Origin: Candidatus Uhrbacteria bacterium CG10_big_fil_rev_8_21_14_0_10_50_16
GTDB lineage: Bacteria; Patescibacteriota; Patescibacteriia; UBA9934; UBA11717
DNA: 64,000 bases
Direction of reading: 5' to 3'
NCBI GenBank assembly: GCA_002774875.1
Contig: PCYM01000005.1
Coordinates: 1,979-65,978, forward strand
Shown: in pieces, positions 49,801-58,623 of the stretch
How positions within the stretch are numbered: the first letter of the stretch is position 1
How the letters are laid out: each line of letters begins with the position of its first letter
Translations under genes and position numbers: made by a program
The notes under the pieces: model-generated
What the model saw: the letters and a program-made list of their open reading frames with translations, nothing else
Databases searched by the model: none
Told to the model about the DNA's origin: nothing

Positions 49801-50632
49801 AACATTCGAAGATGGCTATAAAACACTACCCAAGGATGACGATCGCGGTTTGATGCGACTTAAGGTTCGTAATCTGTCGGATTTAAAGGGGTATCTAAAA
49901 CAAATGAAGAGAAAAACAGGAACACCGCAACCAAACGGATCTCCTTCTGATCCAAATCCTCAGACAGAATTGCCGGTGTTGTATACGGGGGAAAGAGATG
50001 AGGAGACAGAAATACTACCTCCAACGTCGATTCACGATCGTGAGAGGGATCGTTTTACGGATGTGATAGACGTTGAAGAGGAGGATGGATTGGAAAAAGG
50101 ACGAGAAATGAGACAATTGCCACCTCCACCGCCAGATGTGTTTGATCTGCACGAAGCGGCCCGAGGTGGGCGTGATGCAGAACGTATGGTGGCGCTCGAT
50201 GCAGCGCGACGGGCGGCGATGGAGGAAGAAGAGGAGGAGGAAGAAGCGGGTGAGGGACTTGCGGCGGCAGCCGTGTTGGCCGCGGCGGCGGCAGCACGTG
50301 CGCGGGCCGGAGATGGGGGAGGTGGTGCCGGATCTCCACCGGGTCTTGGAAGAAGAGCGTTAGATGCGTTTAGTGGTTCCTGGGGATCGCTCTTAGCAGA
50401 CACAGCGCTCATTAACTGGGGCGGAGGATTGCTTAAATGGGGTACAAATCTTCCCGGGCGTGCGATGGACGTGGGCGACGAGATTTTGGATCGTATACAA
50501 GATTTCTTCCACGGGTTGTCCTTTAGCTGGTTGCCGTTTAGCTCTAAAAAGACGTTTAAGGACCGTGGAAAGCTCGCCATGACGGCAAAAGAGAAAGATG
50601 ACTTTGACGCTTCAAAGAAAAAAGCTGCGTAA
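46883..50632 (+). CDS. Giant (1249-aa) protein: acidic/coiled-coil N-terminal half, PP2C-type Ser/Thr phosphatase domain, then Pro/Glu/Ala-rich low-complexity tail
   Basis: PP2C motifs FMVIDAMGGMGNGD, GDVRLVV, ALTDGYTDNFT; the rest is E/D/A-rich. Confidence 0.8.
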   Translation: MAKRTKMTRADKEALGAEPGDPSVDVLSDEKKKEQLERAQDQRLHTLLHAVRLHKRLGTLLEKIPVNKRSPGQVAHDVNAQLRELVPLFETSGIVTASMSQQDIDALRLSLLVIPEGKSSVDIVREGHQKLEKALNAIRSAAKIAPEDRDIVSANHLENKVGLLRRTRGIERGIGRLQTEWRARGPKAPKNAAEAAAVLKPFIESSAEVLTIASQGDPKEVKVFVDQLLAELQKVSSLREAYVLTREKLQGVHDLVLENLSGDHVREQQLLQGVLDEEEQWHQRAQHPGKEAKVAWDAAYKQAREEARAAIDAHKSAPTTAEDTVDVDAAVATETVDGDSAIVEDVPVMEEIPEEVKVETRPSADLAEKTRRLKEWDTLTRQFASAQMFLLNPEFATDADISQADRARTVNDIVRRALITSEHTGVSTADLDMLRGLLVKDTDVNGKTWQKQLHTIEKALQQLRGRSLNQLKVTVEEEQRTQEALDVARVSAPVEEVVEEPAALDAIEPVTEQTFAQYWEELQEEDSSYANALGMDGALNLWEETAGAVDAESTEEPLDSDPLEHAENTSDVLPWSDEDVTEEVDQIGAKQLENIWEGREVFGPVERPVSGPIRSEPKEEEVNMEDTLDVPPVEETLYIGSPDDAPEVLSENVVQAFESLFKKRYGESAPDGVVVTRGERRGQMVVSGARLDYISNEKLSYKSDEDRVVISKDGCSFMVIDAMGGMGNGDIVADVLAAHVAAGEDEDLYQSIVAAQRELLNMQRDYKIDARSGACFASGELTLQGDDVVLETMHMGDVRLVVRGADGTVRFVSRDFSHVQDLVDNGIIEADRALYHPDRNKVTSAVSADCVPKKDGLIYDRETKRIIAAVQDLVDRGLKPETATALLEKAWEEMQKGLHMTDAIGRATIVLQEGDEVFALTDGYTDNFTTEELLDLLDTHDGDLQILDILTTARVEAYEKGNVGSSVYRQVHPTFEDGYKTLPKDDDRGLMRLKVRNLSDLKGYLKQMKRKTGTPQPNGSPSDPNPQTELPVLYTGERDEETEILPPTSIHDRERDRFTDVIDVEEEDGLEKGREMRQLPPPPPDVFDLHEAARGGRDAERMVALDAARRAAMEEEEEEEEAGEGLAAAAVLAAAAAARARAGDGGGGAGSPPGLGRRALDAFSGSWGSLLADTALINWGGGLLKWGTNLPGRAMDVGDEILDRIQDFFHGLSFSWLPFSSKKTFKDRGKLAMTAKEKDDFDASKKKAA

Positions 50633-50648
50633 TTACGCAGATTTTTTG
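50618..50648. terminator. Bidirectional terminator: palindrome ctgcgtaattacgcag containing the stop codons of both convergent genes
   Basis: A-run, 16-bp perfect palindrome, T-run. Confidence 0.6.
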
Positions 50649-52897
50649 GTACGCGGAGCGCGTGTCTTTTTTGGTGTGTTAAGCAGTTCCGTTGCCTGTT
50701 CGGGCGTAATCGTCAATACCGTGTAGTCGGCCTTGGCTGGCAAACTGCGCGATTCCTCGCCTGCTTTTATGTAGGGACCAAATCGTCCCATTTGCGCGGT
50801 GATCGGTTCTCCTTTCCATTCACCGAGTGTTCGTGGAAGTGAGAGTAGCTGGAGCGCGGTCTTAAAATCGACATCCTCAAGAACCATTCCTCGTAGGAGA
50901 CTTCCGCGTTTTGGTTTCTCTTTGTTCTTCTTCATCTCCTCTGTTTGCTCACCAAGCTGCACATAGGGACCAAATCGTCCCGTGCGCAGCGTGACATCTA
51001 GCCCTGTCTCTGGATCTTTGCCAAGCGACTCGGGCTCCACCTCTTCACGTTTGGATCCATCTTTGTTGAGCGGGATGGTGTGCTTACATGCGGGGTAGTT
51101 GGAGCAGGCCATGAACTTTCCAAAGCGACCAATCTTGATCACCATGGGGCTCTGACATTTGTCACAGACCTCATCTGTGGTTTCCTCGGTCAACTCTTTT
51201 TTATCGAGTGATTTGTCTTTCTCAATGAGCGTCTTGTGAAACGGTTTGTAGAACGCGTCGATCACAGGTACCCATGCGGTTTTTCCTTCTTCGATGTCGT
51301 CAAACTTCTGCTCCATGTCGGCAGTAAAATCTTTGTCGACGATGTGTGGGAAGTGCTCCACGAGCAAGTCATTAACCGTGTAGGCAATGTCTGTTGGCGC
51401 AAGACGCTTGGCCTCATCGCGTTCCACGTATCCACGATCGATAATGGTAGAAATGGTTGGCGCAAAGGTAGACGGTCGTCCAATGCCGTGTTCTTCCAAT
51501 TCTTTGACGAGCGTTGCGTCGGAATAACGTGCAGGTGGCTCGGTAAAATGTTGCGTGGGTTCCAATCGTTGCAGGGTGACGGTATCGCCTTGCTGCATGC
51601 TTGGCAGTAGCAACTCCTTGGTGGTGTCTGGGTAGAGTTTGAGGTACCCAGGGAAGGTAATCACGGATCCTGTGGTACGGAACGACCCTACATCTGAGCT
51701 CATAAGCACGGTGTCCTTGGTCAACAAGGCTTCCTTCATCTGTGTGGCAACCGCACGACGCCAAATAAGGTCATATAACTTATATTGACGAGGGTCGAGG
51801 TGATCTTTGAGGGACTCGGGTGTACGTGTTGGATCGGAGGGGCGAATGGCCTCATGGGCCTCTTGTGCTCCCTTGCTTCCATTTTTAAATACGCGCGGCT
51901 TGGAGAGGGCGTATTCGGCTCCAAACGTGGCTTGCACGTAGGCATTGGCTTCCTGCAAAAATTGTTCGGACAGGTTGAGCGAGTCGGTACGCATGTAGGT
52001 AATGAGACCCGTCATTCCTTCTTTTCCAAGACGGATTCCCTCGTACAACTGCTGTGCTAAGCGCATGGTTTGCTTAGAACTAAATCCAAGACGACTGTTG
52101 GCATCTTGTTGTAATGTAGAGGTACGGTACGGAGGTTTTGGTTGCTTCTTTGCGGCTTTTTGCTCAATAGAATCAATAACGTAGGGGCTTGCGAGCAATG
52201 TCTGCGTCATGGTCTGCGCATGCTCGGCGGTTTTGATATCCATTTTACCAACCTTCTTTCCTTGGAAGGTTGCGAGCTTTGCTTCAAACTCGGTCTCCGT
52301 ATGCTTCATGAACGCGTCCAAGGACCAATACTCCTCTTTGTTAAACGCGTCTCGTTCACGCTCGCGCTCCACTACAAAACGCATGGCTACGGATTGTACG
52401 CGACCCGCCGAGAGTCCTCGCGCAACTTTGTTCCACAAAAATGGTGAGAGCTCATACCCAACGAGGCGATCCAGCACACGACGCGCTTGTTGTGCGTCTA
52501 CGAGGTCGAGGTTGATGTGGCGAGGCTGACTCATAGCCCGCTCAATAGCGGACTTGGTAATTTCGTGAAAGACAATGCGCTTTGCCTTTTTTGGATCGAT
52601 CTTTAACACGCTTGCCAAGTGCCATCCAATAGCTTCTCCTTCGCGGTCGTCATCCGTTGCGATGTAGATTTCTTCGGCCTTGGAGGCAAGGGATTTAAGC
52701 TCTGCGACACGAGCTTTTTTGTCGGCAGGAACCTCATACTGAGGGGCGTAATCTTTGTCGATCTCAATGCCCATTTTTGACTTTGGAAGGTCGCGAATAT
52801 GACCAAAAGAAGACGTGACCTCGTAGGCGGCGCCCAAAATCTTCTTGACGGTTTTTGCTTTTGTTGGAGACTCAACGATTACAAGACGTTTTCCCAT
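50633..52897 (-). CDS. topA: DNA topoisomerase I
   Basis: Toprim MGKRLVIVESPTKAKT; C-terminal Cys4 zinc fingers; 754 aa. Confidence 0.93.
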   Translation of the reverse strand: MGKRLVIVESPTKAKTVKKILGAAYEVTSSFGHIRDLPKSKMGIEIDKDYAPQYEVPADKKARVAELKSLASKAEEIYIATDDDREGEAIGWHLASVLKIDPKKAKRIVFHEITKSAIERAMSQPRHINLDLVDAQQARRVLDRLVGYELSPFLWNKVARGLSAGRVQSVAMRFVVERERERDAFNKEEYWSLDAFMKHTETEFEAKLATFQGKKVGKMDIKTAEHAQTMTQTLLASPYVIDSIEQKAAKKQPKPPYRTSTLQQDANSRLGFSSKQTMRLAQQLYEGIRLGKEGMTGLITYMRTDSLNLSEQFLQEANAYVQATFGAEYALSKPRVFKNGSKGAQEAHEAIRPSDPTRTPESLKDHLDPRQYKLYDLIWRRAVATQMKEALLTKDTVLMSSDVGSFRTTGSVITFPGYLKLYPDTTKELLLPSMQQGDTVTLQRLEPTQHFTEPPARYSDATLVKELEEHGIGRPSTFAPTISTIIDRGYVERDEAKRLAPTDIAYTVNDLLVEHFPHIVDKDFTADMEQKFDDIEEGKTAWVPVIDAFYKPFHKTLIEKDKSLDKKELTEETTDEVCDKCQSPMVIKIGRFGKFMACSNYPACKHTIPLNKDGSKREEVEPESLGKDPETGLDVTLRTGRFGPYVQLGEQTEEMKKNKEKPKRGSLLRGMVLEDVDFKTALQLLSLPRTLGEWKGEPITAQMGRFGPYIKAGEESRSLPAKADYTVLTITPEQATELLNTPKKTRAPRTKKSA

Positions 52898-53334
52898 AGA
52901 TGGTGGTTTCGCAAGGGATAATGCGGGACGGGGGGCGGTCTGTCAAGTTTTGTGTTCATATTTTTGTTCTGTTTCCTGTGTTTCTGTGGGTTTCCTTTGT
53001 TTTACCTCCCCCTTAGCAAGGAGGGGACGGAGGGGCGCTGGGTTGTTTGGTCTGTTATCTGTTTTTGTCATCCTGAGCGGAGTGAGTTGCACGAATGGAG
53101 TCGAAGGACATTGGCCGTGATTTCTAGGAGAGATGCTTGCGAAGATATTGGCCAGGGTCCTTCGGCGGGCTCGGGATGACGGATTGGGATGACGGATAGG
53201 TTGATCACAACTTCGTAGGATCGCAATGATGATCAAAAAAATGTTCGTATCAAATATCCTTACGAACTGACACAACGGGTAGATGAAACAAGATCGGCGG
53301 TTAGATTGTGGGATGCGATATTGAAACAAGGAGA

Positions 53335-54465
53335 CTAATAAGCACGCACCACGTAGCCGCCGGGGAGGATTTGCACGAGACGTTTGAGCTCCATGAGGGT
53401 GAGGTGGCCGGCAAGACTGGTGACGGGCATTGCAAGCGTGCGAGCAAGGTCGTCAATGAGGGTGGGTTCGTGGTCAAGCTGATCCAGAATGGATTGATCC
53501 TGTGGGTTTGTTGAGATGCTGTGAGAGACCACCTGCGCAGCTTGGGATGCCTCGAGATCTATCACCTCCAACACGTCGTCGGCGCAGGTGACGAGAGTGG
53601 CGCCTTGGCGGATAAGGGCGTGGGTACCTTCGGATCGGTCTGATGTAATCATACCAGGCACGGCGCAGACCTCACGGTTTTCCGAGAGGGCACAATCGGC
53701 AGAAATGAGACTACCCGATTTAAGCGTTGCCTCTACAATAAGAATGGCGCGTGACAAACCAGCCACAATACGATTGCGCTGTGGAAACTGATAAGGTTCT
53801 GAGGGCGTCCCAATGGTCTGCTCACTCATCAAACATCCGCCAGAGGCTAGAATGTCGCGTGCCAGCTGTACATGGAACGTGGGAGAGATGTGGGACTCGT
53901 CTAAGCCTCCCGCCAATACCGCGATGGTGTATCCGCCGACTTCCAGTGTCGCTTTGTGCGCGTCGCCGTCAATCCCAAGTGCGAGCCCCGAGACAATCCC
54001 AAATCCGTGACGTGTGAGATCGCCCGCAAGACGTTTGGCAACAAGGTGACCATAACTGGTTGCGCGGCGTGAACCAACGATGCTTATGAGAACTTGATCG
54101 GCTGCAGGAAGCGTTCCTTTGAAGAAGAGCAGCGGAGGAGGGTCGTGTATTTCTTTGAGCAATGTTGGGTAACGCGGGTCAGTCCATGTAAGGAATTGTA
54201 CTTGGTGCTGCAAGAGAAGTTGTTCTTCTTTTGCCAGATCGAATGTGTGCTGAGTCGTGTGAATACGCTGACAAATAGCGGGAGGGATGTTGTGTTGATC
54301 GATGGTGTCAATGAGCGTTTGAGGAGATTGCAAACGCAACAGCACGCGTCTTACATGCGTGCTGTGGAGGACATGGGCGCGCGCGAGCACGAGCCATGCA
54401 AAACGGAGATCTTGATCCATGGGTCCTGGGTTTAGGTACGATCCAGGGGAGGGGCCACGATACAC
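53335..54465 (-). CDS. dprA: DNA processing protein DprA/Smf
   Basis: ISIVGSRRATSYG...GFGIVSGLALGIDGDAH Rossmann-like DprA core. Confidence 0.88.
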   Translation of the reverse strand: MYRGPSPGSYLNPGPMDQDLRFAWLVLARAHVLHSTHVRRVLLRLQSPQTLIDTIDQHNIPPAICQRIHTTQHTFDLAKEEQLLLQHQVQFLTWTDPRYPTLLKEIHDPPPLLFFKGTLPAADQVLISIVGSRRATSYGHLVAKRLAGDLTRHGFGIVSGLALGIDGDAHKATLEVGGYTIAVLAGGLDESHISPTFHVQLARDILASGGCLMSEQTIGTPSEPYQFPQRNRIVAGLSRAILIVEATLKSGSLISADCALSENREVCAVPGMITSDRSEGTHALIRQGATLVTCADDVLEVIDLEASQAAQVVSHSISTNPQDQSILDQLDHEPTLIDDLARTLAMPVTSLAGHLTLMELKRLVQILPGGYVVRAY

Positions 54466-55001
54466 TCGTGGAGTTTATGGATAGATTGCTGAATAAGTTG
54501 ATCTAATTGTTGACGTTCTGACTCGGTCCATTTGCCGAGCACAAAATCTTCTAATGCGACTTGTGAATTGTCTCCACGTCCGATGCCGATGCGTAATCGC
54601 CAGAAGGCGTCGGTTCCTAAGTGCTGTACGAGTGACTTAAGACCATTATGGCCTGCGGTCCCACCTCCTTGTTTGAGGCGAATGTCGCCAAAGGGGAGAT
54701 CGGCTTCGTCGTGCACCACAAAGATAGCATCGGGAGCAATGTTGTAATACTGCGCGTAGGATTGCACCGCCTCGCCGGATTTGTTCATAAACGTTTGCGG
54801 CTTGAGGCAATGAACCGTTACGCCGTCCACGGATGTTTTGGCCGTAAAGGCCTTGTGGGCGTTGTCCTCTTTCCATGTGCCATCCGCAAATGCGTCGAGT
54901 ACCTGGAATCCAATATTGTGTCGTGTGAGTTCGTATTCCATGCCGGGATTTCCAAGTCCCACTAGGAGCACCGTGTTAAACCTTTTTACTTGGGATGGCA
55001 T
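54432..55001 (-). CDS. pth: Peptidyl-tRNA hydrolase
   Basis: VLLVGLGNPGMEYELTRHNIGF; start chosen at MPSQVKRF. Confidence 0.85.
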   Translation of the reverse strand: MPSQVKRFNTVLLVGLGNPGMEYELTRHNIGFQVLDAFADGTWKEDNAHKAFTAKTSVDGVTVHCLKPQTFMNKSGEAVQSYAQYYNIAPDAIFVVHDEADLPFGDIRLKQGGGTAGHNGLKSLVQHLGTDAFWRLRIGIGRGDNSQVALEDFVLGKWTESERQQLDQLIQQSIHKLHECIVAPPLDRT

Positions 55002-56334
55002 AAAAAATAATCGGTGTTCCCGTGAACCCAAAGGTCTCACGGAGACGGTTTTCCAAGAAACGTGAGTAGGACGCGTGCAGAACATCTGTACGCATGCCTT
55101 TAATCACCAATTCAAACCGGGGAGGATTGATTCCAACTTGCTTCAGTCGGAAAATCTTAGGGTGTGCCACGCCTTTCCCACGTGCAGGCTTATGACGCGA
55201 AATAGTTTGATTGAGGAATTTATCCAAAGCGTTATCGTCGATGGTTCGCTCACGTTCTTTGAGAATTGTATCAAAAAGCGGGAAGAGCTTGTGAATACGT
55301 TGACGTTCTTTTGCAGAAATTGTCAAGATGGGGGCAAAGCGGATAAACGGAAGATGCCCGTAAACGTAGCGTTTCATGTTGGCGACCGCCTGCGTTTCCT
55401 TGCCTTCCATAAGATCCCACTTGTTGACCGCAATCACACACCCTACGCCGGCCTGGCGAATAAGACCTGCAAGTTTCTTCTCTTGTTGGTCGATGGGCTT
55501 AGTTGCATCTAGCACGAGCACCACAATATCCACACGCTTTAATACTTCTAACGTTTGTTTGACACCCGCGCGCTCCAATCCCTGTGACACACGTGCCTTG
55601 CGACGTACACCGGCCGTGTCTACAATAATGTATTGCTTGTTATCAAACTCAACCAACGTGTCGTTTGGCTCACGTGTTGTATGTGCGATTGGGGAGGTAA
55701 TGAATCGTTCCTCACCCAAAATTTCGTTGATGATGGAAGACTTACCCACGTTTGGTTCACCAATAAACGCAATCTTAGGAAAAAATTCTTCCTTGTAATC
55801 CTCTACGTGCTTACCGAGTTTTTGAAACATTTCAAAGAGTGTGTCGAGTAAATCACCTAACCCGTTTCCACGAACGGCACTGACAGGGCGAGGGATTTCT
55901 AATCCTGTGCGATACCACTCAGGTTCTGTGACGGTTTCTTTGGTGCGACCGTCTGCTTTGTTGCCGACAACAATCACGGGCTTGTCGGACCCAATGAGGC
56001 TGCGAGCAATTTTGAGGTCTTGTTGTAGGAGCCCTTCTTTACTGTCGAGTACCATTAAGATGATATCCGCCTCTTTCATGGCAAGCTCTGTTTGATGTTG
56101 GACGACGTCGTCGAAGGTTTCTGTTTTGTCGTATTCGATTCCACCCGTGTCTACGATTCTAAACAGCTGACCACGCCACAACACGAGACCATCTTTGCGA
56201 TCACGCGTGGTACCAGGAACATCAGAAATCATGGCGCGACTTGTTTCTGTGAGACGGTTAAAGAGCGTCGATTTGCCGACGTTAGCGCGTCCAACCAGGA
56301 CGGCGGTGGGGAGGGTTGTTGGAGAGGCTTTCAT
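54976..56334 (-). CDS. der: Ribosome biogenesis GTPase Der (EngA), tandem GTPase domains
   Basis: Two G1 motifs GRANVGKST and GEPNVGKSS; C-terminal KH-like domain. Confidence 0.9.
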   Translation of the reverse strand: MKASPTTLPTAVLVGRANVGKSTLFNRLTETSRAMISDVPGTTRDRKDGLVLWRGQLFRIVDTGGIEYDKTETFDDVVQHQTELAMKEADIILMVLDSKEGLLQQDLKIARSLIGSDKPVIVVGNKADGRTKETVTEPEWYRTGLEIPRPVSAVRGNGLGDLLDTLFEMFQKLGKHVEDYKEEFFPKIAFIGEPNVGKSSIINEILGEERFITSPIAHTTREPNDTLVEFDNKQYIIVDTAGVRRKARVSQGLERAGVKQTLEVLKRVDIVVLVLDATKPIDQQEKKLAGLIRQAGVGCVIAVNKWDLMEGKETQAVANMKRYVYGHLPFIRFAPILTISAKERQRIHKLFPLFDTILKERERTIDDNALDKFLNQTISRHKPARGKGVAHPKIFRLKQVGINPPRFELVIKGMRTDVLHASYSRFLENRLRETFGFTGTPIIFYAIPSKKV

Positions 56335-56427
56335 GTGGCGAGGGTAGGGGCTGTTGAACAAACGTTGCGATCGAAGGTGATCAAAATCGAGGAAATGCTC
56401 AAAAAATCCTCAGAATGCGTACAGACG

Positions 56428-57894
56428 TTAGCGCTGTACGAGATTTGCCGAATTCTGCCCTAAAACGATCAAAAAGTCAACTGATGGAGCCACGCTTCCG
56501 TCACGGAGGCCCTCATCCTCTAAGGTAATGGTTCGAGGGGTAAGATCGTCGGTAAATAGCCAGCCGGTGACCGTTGTGGCGACGTCGGCTTTTAAATAGG
56601 CCTGTAACTCCTTAAGCGCCTCTGGATATTGTCCTTCGGTGAAGTCATAAATGACCGTATGGTCCCAATCGCGGTTGTTGGAATTGGCGACGGAGGCGAC
56701 TTCAAATCCTTGCCCCTCTAAGAGCTGCGAGGTTCTAAATGCGAGTCCACTGACGTCGGTTCCGTTCTCTATACGAATGCGTACGAGCTGCTGTGGAATG
56801 GAATCGGGGGTAACGGGTACAAACGCGGGATTTTCTTCAAAGACATTTGCCGCAATCGTACGAATACCCGACCAATCGTCGTTGTCGGGGAGCAATACGT
56901 AGGCGCCGTTTAGGTTTGTCTCGTAAAGCGGACTGTCTGGGCCGGAATCAAGAACATAATGAGTGATTTTCTCCGGGTCCAAATTACGTGCAAAGGTTGC
57001 GAGGCGGAGAATCTCCCACGTGCTTAAGTTAGTCTCGATGCTTTCCTTGACGGTGCCAATGAGATCACTAATGCGTTTTGGATTTAAAATCGTGTTGGCA
57101 GAAAAGAGTTTGTCTTTAACAGCGAGGAGAATTTTTTGTTGTCGACGAGAACGAGCAAAGTCGGATCCTTCTCCATTCGTGCCGTGACGTGAGCGTGCGT
57201 ATTGCAATGCGGTCTCTCCGTCCATGTGTTGCCAGCCGGTGTCAAATCGAATAGTCTGCGTGAGGTGATCACTTGTAGGATAGGTGGGATCTAAAAACGC
57301 TGTTTCTACGTAAACATCTACGCCGCCGAGCGCATTGAGGAATTTCTCAAATCCTTGAAAGTCAATGCGAACGTAGTAGTCGATCTCTTGTCCAATCAAA
57401 CCCCCAATGACGCCGGACGCGTATCGCGCGCCGTGACCTGGGTCCTCCAACTCGCCAAAATAGTTGGCGTGATTAATTTTGCGCCAGCCGTAACCGGGGA
57501 TGGGGATCGCAAGATCGCGTGGGATGCTCATCATGCCAACGTCTCCGGTGGACGGTTTGAGCGAGGTAAAAATAATCGTGTCCGACAAATCGGGACCATC
57601 GTGTCCGGCACCACCGATACCCAATAACATAACGTTGACGCGGTCTGTATCTTCTCCAATAAGGGTTCGATCTCCACTCGTCACAAAGGAGGCAAAGGAC
57701 CTAAAAAATCCCACCTTCTCTCCTGAGTCTGATGCAAGATCAGTTTTGGTCATAGCAAACGAAAATCCTATGCCAATAAGCGCCCCAATAAGAACGGTAA
57801 GAAAAAAATAACGTCCAAGCGCCCAGGGACTTGGTTTGGGATTTGGATTGAGTTCAAAGTGGTCTTTGAGGAGATTGATGCGAGGATCATTCAT
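56428..57894 (-). CDS. LytR-CpsA-Psr (LCP) family cell-envelope phosphotransferase
   Basis: N-terminal TM; LCP core LLGIGGAG...SIPRDL; C-terminal LytR_C-like region. Confidence 0.85.
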   Translation of the reverse strand: MNDPRINLLKDHFELNPNPKPSPWALGRYFFLTVLIGALIGIGFSFAMTKTDLASDSGEKVGFFRSFASFVTSGDRTLIGEDTDRVNVMLLGIGGAGHDGPDLSDTIIFTSLKPSTGDVGMMSIPRDLAIPIPGYGWRKINHANYFGELEDPGHGARYASGVIGGLIGQEIDYYVRIDFQGFEKFLNALGGVDVYVETAFLDPTYPTSDHLTQTIRFDTGWQHMDGETALQYARSRHGTNGEGSDFARSRRQQKILLAVKDKLFSANTILNPKRISDLIGTVKESIETNLSTWEILRLATFARNLDPEKITHYVLDSGPDSPLYETNLNGAYVLLPDNDDWSGIRTIAANVFEENPAFVPVTPDSIPQQLVRIRIENGTDVSGLAFRTSQLLEGQGFEVASVANSNNRDWDHTVIYDFTEGQYPEALKELQAYLKADVATTVTGWLFTDDLTPRTITLEDEGLRDGSVAPSVDFLIVLGQNSANLVQR

Positions 57895-57932
57895 GGGCGC
57901 ATTCTATCCAAGTTCCCCCTTTGGTGCAACCC

Positions 57933-57961
57933 TTGATTTTTCCGAAAATTCGTGCTAGTAT
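57933..57961 (+). promoter_or_regulatory. Promoter for lepB (TTGATT-17-TAGTAT with TGn extended -10)
   Basis: Hexamers and spacing read from the sequence ~20 bp upstream of the lepB ATG. Confidence 0.45.
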
Positions 57962-57982
57962 GCGTTTATATTAGCATTTAAC

Positions 57983-58621
57983 ATGTTTACAAAAAAAACA
58001 CCGACAGAAGAGAGTGCTCCAGTGACCCCGTCCCTCTTGGTCCGTATTTTTGGGCCTGTGATTGGTGGCGTTTTGTTGTTTGGATTGGAAATTATTCAGA
58101 TTGTCGTGATTGCGGCGGCGATCATTATTCCGATCCGCTACTTTTTGGTGCAACCGTTCTATGTGCGTGGGGCGTCTATGGAACCAACGTTTGAAGATCG
58201 AGAATACCTGTTGATCGATGAGGTCAGCTATCGCTTTCATGAGCCAGAACGCGGAGACGTGATTGTGTTCCGCTATCCTCGCGACAAGACGCAGTTCTTT
58301 ATTAAGCGGATCATTGGATTGCCGGGCGACACAGTGCGTGTGCAAGATGGAAAAGTAACGGTGATTGACTCGGCCCATACAAACGGTGTCGTACTCCAAG
58401 AAACCTATGTGTCACAACCGGTGACCTTGGGAAGCGAGTATGTCACCTTAAACCCGGATGAATACTTTGTCCTTGGAGATAATCGTCCGGCAAGTATGGA
58501 TTCACGCAGTTTTGGTCCTATTAAGTCAGAACATATTGTAGGGCGTGTCTGGTTACGCGGATTACCGCTGGATCGCTTCTCGATCTTTGAGACCCCTACC
58601 TACGAAGCCCTTACCGAATAA
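57983..58621 (+). CDS. lepB: Signal peptidase I
   Basis: GASMEPTF (catalytic Ser box), GDNR...SRSFG boxes; N-terminal TM. Confidence 0.9.
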   Translation: MFTKKTPTEESAPVTPSLLVRIFGPVIGGVLLFGLEIIQIVVIAAAIIIPIRYFLVQPFYVRGASMEPTFEDREYLLIDEVSYRFHEPERGDVIVFRYPRDKTQFFIKRIIGLPGDTVRVQDGKVTVIDSAHTNGVVLQETYVSQPVTLGSEYVTLNPDEYFVLGDNRPASMDSRSFGPIKSEHIVGRVWLRGLPLDRFSIFETPTYEALTE

Positions 58622-58623
58622 TT

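Noticed and set aside
50032-50580. 182-aa minus-strand ORF rich in Ala/Ser/Pro/Arg
   Set aside because: It is the mirror image of the GC-rich, Glu/Ala-coding low-complexity tail of the 1249-aa gene; a compositional artefact.
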